Under the pieces are notes generated by a model. It saw nothing but the letters and a program-made list of their open reading frames with translations. It had not been told where the DNA came from and did not search any database. Position numbers and translations under genes: made by a program. From Eledone cirrhosa (Eukaryota), in contig OZ024743.1 of NCBI GenBank assembly GCA_964016885.1, positions 55,366,001 to 55,430,000 on the forward strand: a stretch of DNA of 64,000 bases, read 5' to 3'. Positions 13,026 to 24,719 of this stretch are shown piece by piece (the stretch's first letter is position 1; each line of letters opens with the position of its first letter).

Positions 13026-13678
13026 ATTGCCCTCATTAATGTCCTACTGTGTCATCTTTCATAGGGAGAAGTCAACAAGAATATTCTGCAGAAAGAATGA
13101 CAGTATTACCTGATAATGTAACATTTGGATAAGACTTGAATAAGATTTATTTAGAAACGACCACGGTATTCTCGCATTTGTGTTTGAACGAGAACATCTG
13201 TCATCTGTCCAGTCAAAGAGAAGCTATCAATTCGAGAAACAACGACGACGACAAAGAAGAAGAAGAAGAAGAAGAAGAAGAGCACTTATCATCTCGTTAA
13301 AACCCACACAAGCATAGCTTCGTTGATCAGAGGATGCTTAGAGACAGATTTATCATGATGACACACTATCACGAAATCATAAATATCTGCATGAGAGAGG
13401 AACGACGAGAGAAGCAGTCATTCTTTATTGAAGTAAGCCTCGTAAAAACAATGGTATCCTCTCGTCTGGTGGAGAAAAGCTGTAACTGTAGAATTTTGGT
13501 TCCTTCTCCAAAGTAAAGAGATTATTTAGATTCCAGACATATCTTTCATTCATTGATTTAAATTCAGGAATATTTTCCATAACGATTTAACGAACAATAA
13601 GTAACCGCCAATTTATTAAATCTGTGTAAACCACTGACAATTTAACCGTCATTTAACTATTTTCACTGATAAAGTAAC

Positions 13679-14050
13679 TTTATTAAATATTTAAATACGG
13701 AAAAGGAATGGCTCTAGGGTCATAGAAGAATGGGAGGGAAGGTGGAAGATGATGGGTTCTGTGCCTAGGGCGCGGCGGTGTTGGGGCTACGCCTCGCGGG
13801 CAAGACTGGAAAAGCCTTTCCGCGGTCAATGGCAAGCGACACTCGCTGCAACAGCCACCCCTCCTCGCGGGACTCCTTCCTCAGACGGGCTGACGACTGT
13901 CCGATCTTGCAGAGGAGCTTGGTAGTTCGGGGTTCGAGTAAAGCTGAAGTCTCGACGGCGACCCGTGCAAAGAGGAAGCGGCCGGACAACCCTCGGTATT
14001 TGTTTGTCTTCCTTTCCTCTGCATTGCGGGGCGCAGTACCGAGGTTTGTG
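13679..14050 (-). mobile_element. 5'-truncated CRE-clade non-LTR retrotransposon (RLE C-terminus plus 3'UTR)
   Basis: ORF 13765-14067 reads AEERKTNKYRGLSGRFLFARVAVETS...REEGWLLQRVSLAIDRGKA, the typical CRE C-terminus (QR.S.A..RGNA). It is a GC-rich island ending in a minus-strand AATAAA near 13680. Confidence 0.75.
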
Positions 14051-15206
14051 TTAAAGTATAAAGACATTTGCCATTGTTAAGCAGATATTTTCTGTAGAGT
14101 TACCATGATTTTCAACAAAGATTATTTAACAAACCGTAACCTACTGTTTGTTTAATGCCTCTAAACCACTGACTGGTATTTATCTACTTTCACTGTTAAA
14201 GTATGGATCTGCTCTAATAGATCCATAGAAGTCAAGAATTTAGTAAACGATTATTTCAATTTCTCTATTCTTGGGTCCCAAATAATAGGGAGGGTGGATT
14301 AAGCGGGTGGTTGAATAAGTGGTGTTGCATAAGCGGGGGCTAAATAAGCAGGGAGTTAGAATAAGCACCATGAGTTCAAATTTCACCGAAGACCACTTTG
14401 CTTTTCGTTTATTTAAAGATCTTTAAAATAACAGCCCAAGGTGGTGGATTGATGTAATTTTAGAGCACTAGACGAGCTGTTTTGCGTTAATTGTTTCAGC
14501 TCACTGCGTTCAGAGATAAATGTCACCGGGGTCCATCTTTTGAATTTTGCATTTGATCTTTTGGAAACCCATTAACAAAAAAAATAATTAAAAAAGCACC
14601 AGTCCAGGGTGATGATTGGTGAGGTTGGCAGAATCACCAATATTTCAATTCCCATTAGCACCTTGAAGCGGTTTGTAAACATGTATTATATAGACATACA
14701 TTTGACATATCCAGGGTTATGTAAACCCCTCCCGCTCCTTTACTTTAAAACTCCAGGTTAGAATTCGATACGTATTAAGAAAAGAGCGGGGACAGCCTGT
14801 GTTGAGAGAGGAGAGATGTAGCGCGAGGCTAGTAATCTGTCTACAGTAATAAAACATAGCTACTGAAACGACGAGTCGTCGAATACTCTAAAAGAAGCAA
14901 AAGGAGCTAAAGAAGGAAAAAGAGAAAGAAGAGTTACAAAACCATATGTTTTTGTTTTTTTTTCATGATAAACTTTGTATGTTGTAACACCGTCTTTTCC
15001 GAGATCAACAGAACAGCCTGTTCGTGAAATTAACTTTCAAGTGAGTAAGCATTTCTCAGAAACATAGACCCTTAACATAGAGTGACAAGACAGACTCTTT
15101 AAATTACTGATCCAGCCCCTCACCCATATGATGGTCTTCTAAACAGCCTATTCGTGAAATTATTGAGCAGGTGGCCGATTCAGCATGACAGTGTGTAACA
15201 AATGTA

Positions 15207-15600
15207 CTCTCGGGTCCCAAATTATAAAGAGGAGTTGGAATAAGAGAGGGTGGAATAAGCAGGCTGCTTCGATAATCGGTAATTTTTGTAGGTTGACTCC
15301 GATGATTTAAAAAAAAAACATGAATTAGTCGTTTAGTTTACATATTGAAGCCTCAACCTATTCTATTTATTTTATAACGTAGAGGATTGCAACATTCTTC
15401 TTTTGTTTTTTGTCATATGTAATGTTTTTTTAATGTATAAAAAAAATTAACTGTCGTAGGAAAGCTACTAATTAAAACAGAATTTCGCCAGAGAGATAAA
15501 AAGAAATTAATAATCGGGGGGAGGGGGGTAATAGCGTGGGTGTTGGAAATATCTGAAAATTAATAACCTGTGGGAGAGAAGATTATTTAAAATCCGATGT
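15207..15600. mobile_element. Degenerate TA-flanked MITE (same family as 51925-52321)
   Basis: Starts TA|CTCTCGGGTCCCAAAT and has internal GGAATAAG subrepeats. The right TIR is degenerate. A partial related end lies at about 14268. Confidence 0.5.
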
Positions 15601-15922
15601 AGCTTTTTGAAATACAATTTTAATCAGTCGTGTACACCGCGAAATAAAGTTTTGTTTTTTTTAATGTCACAGCGCGCGGCTGGGGCCGAACCCAACGACA
15701 TTACAACGCTGAGTCGAACACACTAACCAGTAGGCCACGCGCCTTTCATTGTAACTAATTGTATATTTAACTTGTTTATGGGTTAGAAGTGGATTGTATT
15801 CTAATTATTACCCACAATTTCTTTATTTTTCTTTACTCTTCTTCCCCAGATTGAAAGTTTCTTTCTGTCTCTCTCACACCGTCTCTCTCTCTCTCTCACA
15901 CACACACGCGCACACACACACA

Positions 15923-15994
<72 letters not shown>

Positions 15995-16145
15995 CTCTCT
16001 CTCTCTATCCACCTATCTATCTACCCACATAGCTATCATCCTATCTATCTATATGTCTGACTATCTATCTGTCTATCTATTTATCTACCCACCTACCCAA
16101 ATCTCAACTTATCTATCTATCTATCGATCTATCTATCTATCTATC

Positions 16146-17110
16146 TCGAGTGCCTACAGGCGCTCACAGCCCTCTACCAAGCGGAAACGGCAATCAGCGG
16201 AGACTCCACTTCGACATTCTATAGGGGATTAGTGGAGGATAAGTGCGACGACGTTCTCGGGGAAACTCTAGGCATCGAGGAGGACGAACTGACCAGTCTG
16301 TTCGGGAGGACTTTCCGTCCAGGGCCTATGGATAACTTCCAGAGGTCTCTGGCCTGGCAGTGCTACCGAGGAGCTCTACCAGTTAGAGACAAAATCTACA
16401 GGCACGGACGCCCTGGCAGAGATCCTGCCAAAAGGACCTGTTCAAGATGCGAGCAGGACATCGAAACCGTTCTGCACGCAATTGTTCAGTGCCCAGGGGT
16501 GACCGAGCTGTGGAATTATGTCGAACAGCTACTCTCACGAGTGGGACGCATCCAGTTCTCAGCCGAGTCCATCGTGAGTATCACCCCGCCGCCTTCATTT
16601 AAGAACGAAGGAGAGGCGGTTTTCATCTGTCTGGTGGCTATGGCGAAAGAGGTAATATGGTGGACGAGGTTAAAAGGACTGGGGGCAAACACCTTTCTCT
16701 CCGGACAACAACTTATCCCCTTCTTTAAGTATCACTTCAGAAGGAAGGTAAGAGTGGAGAGAGAGGTGCTACACCCCAGCAAATTCCTTGAAAGGTGGGT
16801 GAATGTGATAAAAATGGCCCGAATGAATGGGCCTTCTCTGTATATAAACCTGTAGGTTGAGGAAGATAAACAGAGGGAAGACAGGAACACCTACAAAACG
16901 TGTTCTTGGTGTTGAGGGTTGTTCTATCCACGGGGTGTAAAACAACCCTGCAGTAACGTCCCCCCCCCCCCTACTGGGGATTTCAATTGTTATTTTATTA
17001 TATATAGTTTATTGTTATTTATTAATATTAAAGTTATTTTTATGTAAAACCCCCGCCGTCACGTCTTGTAATGTCCCATTTTTGTACGCCCCTGTGGCAA
17101 ATAAAGAAAG
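16146..17110 (+). mobile_element. Tx1-clade LINE copy 2, 5'-truncated
   Basis: ORF 16232-16855 is the ORF2 C-terminus (GPMDNFQ.SLAWQCYRGALP, CSRC...HAIVQC). (ATCT)n lies on both sides, and the 3' end reads AATAAAGAAAG|ATATCTATCT. Confidence 0.92.
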
Positions 17111-17361
17111 ATATCTATCTATCTATCTATCTATCTCTCTATCAGTCGTGTGTCACTTCGCGGAGAAGTTTCCGTTAATTTATGTAAGGAAAAAACGTGA
17201 GTTTTTAGTTCAATTTTATATCATTGTGTAACTTGACCACCCGTCTGGACCTTCAGGTGGTGGGTCAACTCATTTTCGCCCCTTCAGGGGCGGAATATCC
17301 ATTTAAAAAATTTTTCTCCATCGAATCTTGGAAAAAAATATTGTAAAATTTTGATTACGTT

Positions 17362-19279
17362 ATGAACGCTGCGTCCAACGATAATGGTGGTGGAGAGGCG
17401 GTAAGACTACCAAGCTCGCAGTCAACAACGTCTTCTTCACTAAATACTATAGAGATGGAAAGACAAAATGAAAATAAAAAAACGAATTCACATCCAAACA
17501 ACACAAATGACACCAAACAGCTCAATGACAACAAAAATAACAGCAAAACCAATAATGATGATAAAAGCAACAATGATAACAACAACAAAGAAAAAAATAA
17601 AGACAACGCCAATAACACCAGCATCAAAGACAACAACAACACCAAGGAAAATACGGATGATACCAACATCGGTGACAACAAGAATAACAACAAGAATAAC
17701 AACAATAATGACAACACCACCAATACGGATTCCACAAAGAAACCAAAAATCTCCTTTGCGGAGAAAGTTCAAAAGAAAGAACAATTGATATATCTCGACA
17801 TAACAAATGCTGAACACCTTTTAAAGGACGCTAAGAGATATGTCACCTTCGAAAAAAATGGTGCTTTCAGCATCAATTCTCCGGTAGAAATTCGCAAGGA
17901 AACTGCTCTCAAAACGATAGTTTTTAGGACAGTTTCCAATTCTACCCGAAAACCAGTCCAATTGTCACAGAAAGATATTGAACTGGTTTTCAAAGATTCA
18001 ATGAATGATATTGCATTCATTCAAAGAAGCAAACTTTTTGGGAGTATTTCGGTACTGATGAAGGATCAATTGACGGCCCAAAATTACTCTGTGTCGCCAA
18101 TTGTATCCAACCTGTACACCTTTTTCCCTACATACATGGGAAAAAGGACACAAAAGATCAGAATCACAAGTGTCACACCAAAGGTGAACATATGGTGGAT
18201 ACTGTGCGGCTTCATCAATTTTGATGAAGACAGAATACTGTCAGTAGGCAAGTCCCCCAGAGATGTATTCAATGGGACTAGCATTGAAGTTCTGGTGCAA
18301 ATGAGCCCAGAGCGAATAGCTATGATCCCACAGCGTGTACTCCTGGACGGACTTACCTACATAAACCTTTCGGTTGAGGGTAGGCGGCCTTCATGTTACC
18401 ATTGCTTTAGCAGGGGTCACCTGAGGGCTTCCTGTCCTAAACTAATGAACCAAAAAAAGGCTCTTCTGCCAACACCCATCAAAACAACACAACCACCAAC
18501 ACCACCACTACAACAACAACACCAACACACAAAAATAACCACAACAAACACAGTCCCACCCAACCTCACTCCACCTAAAACCACTGCAAAATCACATACA
18601 GACACAACAGCTCCCCAAGACATACCCCTCCCCAATCACACAGACGATACAACAGATGAGGCTATCTCGCCATCACCCAGTGAAGACGAGGGAGAACCCC
18701 ATCGCTCGAAAAGAAAGAAAAGACATCACAAAAGCAAAAAACCAGCAAACACTACCACAAACATACAACCACCAACACAAACAACAAAAATATCACAAAC
18801 AAAACCCCCACCTCCTGAAAACAAAATACCTACAACAAAACGAAAGCACACACAAGAACTACAGACAAAAACAAACACAACACAAGAAAATTACACTTAC
18901 ACTTACATAAACACTGAAAACAAAACACTAATGGAGACCATTACGAACGACCCTTCGGTTTTCACCGAAGGGAAAACTTTCGCCCACTCTATAAAAAATA
19001 GCAAAAAAAATGAACCTAAAACTGATTAGGGTCCCTATACAAACTTATAGGTCCCTAAAAGAAACATTTGAGAAGGATGTGGGGAATTCCTGCGTGAAAC
19101 CACTCAACCGCGTCCTTCTCAAATGCCTCCCCACCCCAGACACCCCCATTCCACCAGACCCCACCCCACCAAACATCTGCGTCCCCACCCCGCCGGAAAC
19201 CACCACCCATCCAGACAACCCCTCCAACACCCCCATGGAAATCGTGCGGCCTGGTCCCCAGGAGGCGAAGGGTGAGTGA
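17362..19279 (+). CDS. Tx1 ORF1p (Asn-rich N-terminus, CCHC zinc knuckle, Pro/Thr-rich C-terminus), split by a +1 frameshift in an A8 run
   Basis: ORF 17362-19029 contains CYHCFSRGHLRASC. ORF 19010-19279 is homologous to a segment that is in frame with ORF1 in copy 1. Confidence 0.82.
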
Positions 19280-19312
19280 TCTCTTTTCCTCTTTTAACTT
19301 TTCAGCACCAAC

Positions 19313-22300
19313 ATGGCCAATATAAGAGTTGGATGTGTGAACGTACGCGGCCTGGGGATGCCCTGGAAACAGGGCAAACTCTTAAACGACCTCAGGTCGC
19401 ACAGTTTGGATGTGGTAGCCATTTGCGAGTCCAGGATCCACGGCGAGCGACAGCTGGCCCCCATCTTCGATGACTTTGAGATCTACGCATCTCTCTGTCA
19501 ACCGGGGGGTGGGGGCGGAGTTGCCGTTTTGCTGCGGAAACACCTGGGCCTCGTAACACAGACGGTACATCTGGACCCGGAGGGTCGACTGGTGGTCCTA
19601 GACGTTGACGGTAGTGAAGGTGGAGCGTTCAGGCTGGTGGCCGCATATGCCCCATCCGGGACACCGCGGCCAGACTTCTTCAAACGTCTAGAGACTTTTC
19701 TGGGAACGTCCCGCTCCTTGCTTTTAGTGGGGGACTGGAATGGAATCCTAGATGCACGTTGGGACTATGTGGGAGCATGTCCCGATAAAGGGGGGTGTAA
19801 CAGCCTCAAACAGTTAATCGACCGATTTGACCTGGCCGATAGATATCGACTAGATTTTCCGACTGCGCCACTGTGGACGTGGAGTAATCGTAGCGGAACA
19901 TCTAGATCGTACCTAGATAGGGTTCTAGTTAGAAATAAGGATAGGGACATGTTAAGCTGTCCACAAATGTTCATGGTTGCCTATTCAGATCACAAACTAG
20001 TGACCTGCATGGCCAACCTTGATAGAACCCATAGACAAGGACCCGGCTACTGGAAGCTGAACTTGTCGTTACCGACAAGCAAAGCCTACAGTAGACGGAT
20101 TAGCACTTTAGTTAAACAGCACTTGACAGGGGCCATTGTCAACAACAGATGGTGGTACTCTCTCAAGAGGGCAGTTAGATTAGACTCGATAGTTTTTAGT
20201 AAAGAATTAGCGTTAGATAGAAATAGAACCGAGAAGGAACTGGTAGATAAAGTAGAAGAGGCTATTAGAAGTGGCAACGTAGCCAGCGTGCTAGCAACGA
20301 GAACGGCCTTGGACCAGTTCTTCGACGCAAAGCACGAGGGCTGCGTTGTCAGAAGCAAAATACGTGCTCTGGGAAACGAGGGAGCCAAAGCTGTTAGCTG
20401 GGCCCGAGTGACGGAGGCAAAAAGTGGCAACAAGTCCACGATTCGGTCTTTGAAGGACCAAAACGGACGCGTGATACGTGAGCCGAAGCAGATGTGTGCG
20501 GCTTTTCAGCGGCACTTTGCTCGGCTGTTCGGGGGGAGCGGCGCGCCGGGAGAGGCTATGGATTTCGGTCCATACCTCGACGGCCAACCGCGACTCTCGG
20601 ACAGCGAGGCGAAGTTCTGCGAAAAGCCGATTTCAGCCACTGAGATAGGGGACGCGCTGAGCCAATGCGGCAAACGCAAATCTCCAGGTCTCGACGGTCT
20701 ACCCTACGAATTTTACGTAGCAATGCCGGACTTATTCTCCGGTCTCCTGGAAGCGGTCTACTGCAACTGGCAACAGAACGGGAGAATTCCCAGTTCTGTA
20801 ACCGGGGGCGTGGTCACACTAATCAGGAAGGACGAGAATAAGGGGGATGACATAGGCAACTTCCGGCCCATAACTCTGCTAAACACAGAGTTACAGATTT
20901 TGGCCAAGGTGTTGGCAAAGAGGCTGGCGCTTGTCGTCGAGAACCTGGTGGGAGAAGCGCAGACATGCGCGATCCCGACCAGGTCCATACACGACAACCT
21001 CCACCTCATGCGATACATCATAGAGAGGGTAGGGTGTAAACCCGGCTTCGGTGGGGCCCTGATCAACTTGGATCAGTCTAAGGCTTTCGATAGGGTTGAC
21101 CATCGTTACCTGGATGCGGTGCTCGAGGCGGCAGGCTTCGGACCCGTGTTCAGGGGCTGGATTGCTGCAATGCACAACAGCAACATCTGCTCAAGGGTCA
21201 AGGTGAACGGTTACCTCTCGGAGCCGTTCCATATTACGCGATCCATTCGACAGGGATGCCCTCTCTCCTCCCTTCTGTACGTACTGACTCTCGAGCCACT
21301 ACTGCGGAAGCTGGAGCTATTGCAGGGCATCCCTCTGGAACCGGGACTGCGGAAAGCGGCGTCGGCCTACGCCGACGACGTGACAGTAATGGTGTCGAGC
21401 GCCTCGCAAATCGAGGAGGTCGGCACCTTACTAAAGGAATACGAAAGTCTCACAGGAGCGAAGCTGAACCGGGACAAGTCCATCGGTTTGCAACTCGGAT
21501 CGTGGAGAGGCAGACCGATGCCTTCCGATGGCGTCGTCGGACGCTGGACGGAAGGACCGGTAAAGCTGCTCGGGGTCTGGTTTGGTCCGGACCTCCAGGT
21601 GGAGAAGAACTGGAACGAAGTGACGGCCAAGGTGTTTGCACTCACCCAGAAGTGGGCCGAGTGCAAACTATCCTTGAAAGGTCGAGCGGAGGTGGCGAAC
21701 ACTTTTATAGCGTCCGCCATCTACTACCGCTTGACCGTCGTGCCTTGTCCAGCCAAAACGCTCGCCAAAATGGAGCGCGCCCTCTTCCGATTCCTTTGGA
21801 AGAGGCGGGCTCCTTTGGTAAGAAGATCCATCTGCTGCCAACACCCTTCTAACGGAGGGCTGGGGATGCCGTGGTTGACGATGCGCAAACACGCGCTCAG
21901 GCTGCGGCATCTCTACGTATTCCTCACCGGACAACCGGTGTGGGCCCCGTTCGTGAGGCGAGCCTTCCCACGACTCGTCTCGCTGACCGAGCTGCAGTCC
22001 TGGGTCAAGCAGAGACCGAGGAAAATGGGCGACTGGCACATCGAATGTGCTCAGGCGCTCACAGCCCTCTGGCAGGCGGACCCGGCGATCAGTGGAGACT
22101 CCACTTCGTCATTCTATAGAGGGTTGGTCCGCAGCAAGTGCGACGACGCGCTCGGTGAAACTCTAGGCGTGGAGGAAGATGAACTGGCCAGTCTGTTCGG
22201 TAGGACCTTCCGCCCGGGACCGATGGACAACTTCCAAAAGTCCCTGGCCTGGCAGTGCTACCGAGGAGCTCTACCAGTTCGAGACAAGCTCTACAGACAT

Positions 22301-22750
22301 GGGCGCCCGGGCAGGGACCCTGCAAAAAAGATCTGTCCGAGGTGCGTGCGAGACGAAGAAACCGTCGCGCACGCATTCATACACTGCCCGGGCGTCACTG
22401 ACCTGTGGGGCTATGTGGAACGACTATTGTCGCGGGTGGGACCAATCCAGTTGACCACCGAGTCCATTGTCATGATCAAACCGCCACCCTCCTTCAAAAA
22501 CGAAGGAGAGGCGGTTTTCCTTTGTGTGATAGCTATGGCGAAAGAGGTTGTATGGTGGACAAGGTTGAAAGGGCTGAGGTCAGACACCTTTCTCTCCGGC
22601 CAACAACTGATTCTTTTTTTCAAATACCACTTTGGAAGAAGAATCAGGATGGAGAGAGAGGTGCTGTACCCCAGCAAGTTTTATGAAAGGTGGGTGAAAG
22701 TGGCGAGAATGGCCCGAGTGAATGGGCCTTCTCTCTATATCAGCCTGTAG
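19313..22750 (+). CDS. Tx1 ORF2p: APE endonuclease, reverse transcriptase and C-terminal zinc finger, 1145 aa, intact
   Basis: APE motifs NVRGL, ICES, GDWN, SYLDR and SDHK. RT motifs FRPITLLN, LDQSKAFDRVDH, RQGCPLS and AYADD. Also GGLG and CPRC-X8-HAFIHC. Confidence 0.96.
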   Translation: MANIRVGCVNVRGLGMPWKQGKLLNDLRSHSLDVVAICESRIHGERQLAPIFDDFEIYASLCQPGGGGGVAVLLRKHLGLVTQTVHLDPEGRLVVLDVDGSEGGAFRLVAAYAPSGTPRPDFFKRLETFLGTSRSLLLVGDWNGILDARWDYVGACPDKGGCNSLKQLIDRFDLADRYRLDFPTAPLWTWSNRSGTSRSYLDRVLVRNKDRDMLSCPQMFMVAYSDHKLVTCMANLDRTHRQGPGYWKLNLSLPTSKAYSRRISTLVKQHLTGAIVNNRWWYSLKRAVRLDSIVFSKELALDRNRTEKELVDKVEEAIRSGNVASVLATRTALDQFFDAKHEGCVVRSKIRALGNEGAKAVSWARVTEAKSGNKSTIRSLKDQNGRVIREPKQMCAAFQRHFARLFGGSGAPGEAMDFGPYLDGQPRLSDSEAKFCEKPISATEIGDALSQCGKRKSPGLDGLPYEFYVAMPDLFSGLLEAVYCNWQQNGRIPSSVTGGVVTLIRKDENKGDDIGNFRPITLLNTELQILAKVLAKRLALVVENLVGEAQTCAIPTRSIHDNLHLMRYIIERVGCKPGFGGALINLDQSKAFDRVDHRYLDAVLEAAGFGPVFRGWIAAMHNSNICSRVKVNGYLSEPFHITRSIRQGCPLSSLLYVLTLEPLLRKLELLQGIPLEPGLRKAASAYADDVTVMVSSASQIEEVGTLLKEYESLTGAKLNRDKSIGLQLGSWRGRPMPSDGVVGRWTEGPVKLLGVWFGPDLQVEKNWNEVTAKVFALTQKWAECKLSLKGRAEVANTFIASAIYYRLTVVPCPAKTLAKMERALFRFLWKRRAPLVRRSICCQHPSNGGLGMPWLTMRKHALRLRHLYVFLTGQPVWAPFVRRAFPRLVSLTELQSWVKQRPRKMGDWHIECAQALTALWQADPAISGDSTSSFYRGLVRSKCDDALGETLGVEEDELASLFGRTFRPGPMDNFQKSLAWQCYRGALPVRDKLYRHGRPGRDPAKKICPRCVRDEETVAHAFIHCPGVTDLWGYVERLLSRVGPIQLTTESIVMIKPPPSFKNEGEAVFLCVIAMAKEVVWWTRLKGLRSDTFLSGQQLILFFKYHFGRRIRMEREVLYPSKFYERWVKVARMARVNGPSLYISL

Positions 22751-23007
22751 GTTGAGGAAAAGGAGGAGGAGAGGAAAGGAGTACAAGCTCTTCGTACTCC
22801 TGGAGATGAGGGTTGCACATTTTTTTCGGGGGTCTGTGTTACCCATATAAACTGTCTCCCTCTATTGGGGAAAATCGACTAACTTTTAAATTCCATCTGT
22901 GATAACATTTTACACGTTTTTATTGTATGTAAACTTCCCCCTTTGTATTTGTCCCCTTCTTTTGTGCCCCTGTGGCTAATAAAGAAATATATCTATCTAT
23001 CTATCTA

Positions 23008-23051
<44 letters not shown>

Positions 23052-23823
23052 ACTGTCTGTCTGTCTCTCTATATGTCTGTTTATCTATGTCTTTCCATTT
23101 TTCGCCATATCTGTTATCCTCTTTCTCTTTTAATCTTCGCTTCTTCTATCTCTCTCTCCCCCTCCACTTTCTGCTATTGTTCTCTCTATAGCAGTGTTAT
23201 AAAAGTCCTGACGTTGTTTCCCAGTGGATCTAAACCACTCAAACTCCAGTCATCCTTGTCTAGTGTTCACTCTTTTACTCTACTTTTCTCTACCTGTCAT
23301 GACAGTTTCGTACGGAATTAGATTTTATCGCTTGATAACTACTGTCATTTTTGTCCTCGACTTGTTACGCCTGACCAGTTCAAATCGACCACAAACGCCA
23401 CCTTGAAGCGGCCGTCAGAGCATTTGTTCAGTCATCCAGTCGACACGACAGTGATTTGCATATCCGGCTGCTAACTCATCTGTTTTGATGGATGTCGCTT
23501 TATTATAATACAGCAGATATTTTTGTTTTCTATTTTATCATTACAGTAATGGCCGCCGCTTGTAATCACGACAACCAAACACACACGCACACACAAACGC
23601 ACATATACTCACATGCACATACACATACACTCTCGCACACAAACACACACCAATATCTTCTTCTTTCCTATCTACCTCCTCCTCCTCTTTCTCATCATCC
23701 ACTCTCTTTCACTTTATTACTCTGTCTGTCTCTTTCTTTCTCTCCTCCTTTCCTCCTCCTTCTCCTCTCCCAGCTCTCAAAATCACACAATCTCATTCTT
23801 TCTCTCACCCTTTCTCTCTTCAT

Positions 23824-23854
<31 letters not shown>

Positions 23855-23857
<3 letters not shown>

Positions 23858-24070
23858 TCGTTTTATTAAGGCTAAATAGTTAAATAGTGAGTCTTCTTAC
23901 TCTGGGCTTTCGCCTGTTTACCAAAGGGTCATCGTCTGATGACCCTTTGATAAATAGGCGAAACTCCAGTCTAACAAGGCTCACTAGTTAGCCTTAATAA
24001 AATGAATATTAAAACTCTTGCGCTCGGTATTGAGTACTCCTTTCTCTCAGTCGTCAACCACAGACGTATA
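23855..24070 (+). mobile_element. Penelope-like pLTR remnant with fold-back palindrome
   Basis: Inverted arms at about 23856-23933 and 23938-24008. The right arm carries a hammerhead core and the left flank is (TA)n. Confidence 0.65.
23936..23972 (+). ncRNA. Hammerhead ribozyme core (type I, PLE-type), 5' helix I strand lost at the fold-back
   Basis: CTGATGA-C-CCT..AGG-C-GAAAC-TCCA-GTC. Confidence 0.6.
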
Positions 24071-24454
24071 TCAACGCGTATAGCTGGTTATTCCAACAGC
24101 ACCCACACTACTCCCACCAAGACTTCCATTAAGGTATCGTAGTCGTTAATCCTTAAATTGTGACCTCCCCGCTACGACCACCATCATTGAATTCTTACCC
24201 CAACCAAACCATACTGCCACTATTTATTCTTTCCCCTTCACTGCTCTCTTCCTGCCACTGTCCACTTACTGACGTGGACAGCACACTTTAACAAACATCC
24301 TTCTCCCTATTCTCTCCACTCACCCTCCACATGCTTTTTCCCTTTTCCCTCCTTTTCCTCCCCCTCCTCAACTTCCTCCTCCTCCTCCTCATCATCATCA
24401 TCATAACCACTATCATCTACATCAACCTTACAGAGTCCTCATCATTATTATGAA

Positions 24455-24640
24455 TTGGCAGTATCGGTAGAGGGTCAGATACCATGCTTTGACGCATAGA
24501 GTTACGGCCCTTTCCATTCTGAATTCAAATCCCGCCGAGGTTAACTTTGCCTTTCATCCTTACGGGGTCGATAAAATAAAGTACCAGTAATGTACTGAGT
24601 TATTGCTGGCCTTGTGCCAAAAGTAGAAACAATTATTAAT
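24455..24640 (+). mobile_element. tRNA-derived SINE, family A
   Basis: Colinear with 4505-4688. Confidence 0.85.
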
Positions 24641-24719
24641 CATTATCACCACCAAAGCTAGAATTTGTGGGGAATCCAAAACAAAGCTTTTATAAAATTT
24701 AAAAGAAAATTAGAAATAT

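Larger units (their letters stand above)
17143..22988 (+). mobile_element. Tx1-clade LINE copy 3, full-length, about 5.85 kb
   Basis: 5'UTR, ORF1, intact ORF2 and a 3'UTR ending AATAAAGAAAT|ATATCTATCT. Flanked by ATCT repeats. Confidence 0.95.

Noticed and set aside
19010-19279. Separate third ORF or programmed frameshift in Tx1
   Set aside because: The homologous segment is in frame with ORF1 in copy 1; a one-base homopolymer indel is the simpler explanation.
23190-23580. Unique non-repetitive stretch with an ATTTGCAT octamer and TAAT motifs, possible enhancer or exon
   Set aside because: Short motifs are expected by chance, there is no convincing ORF or splice pair, and it needs cross-species conservation data.
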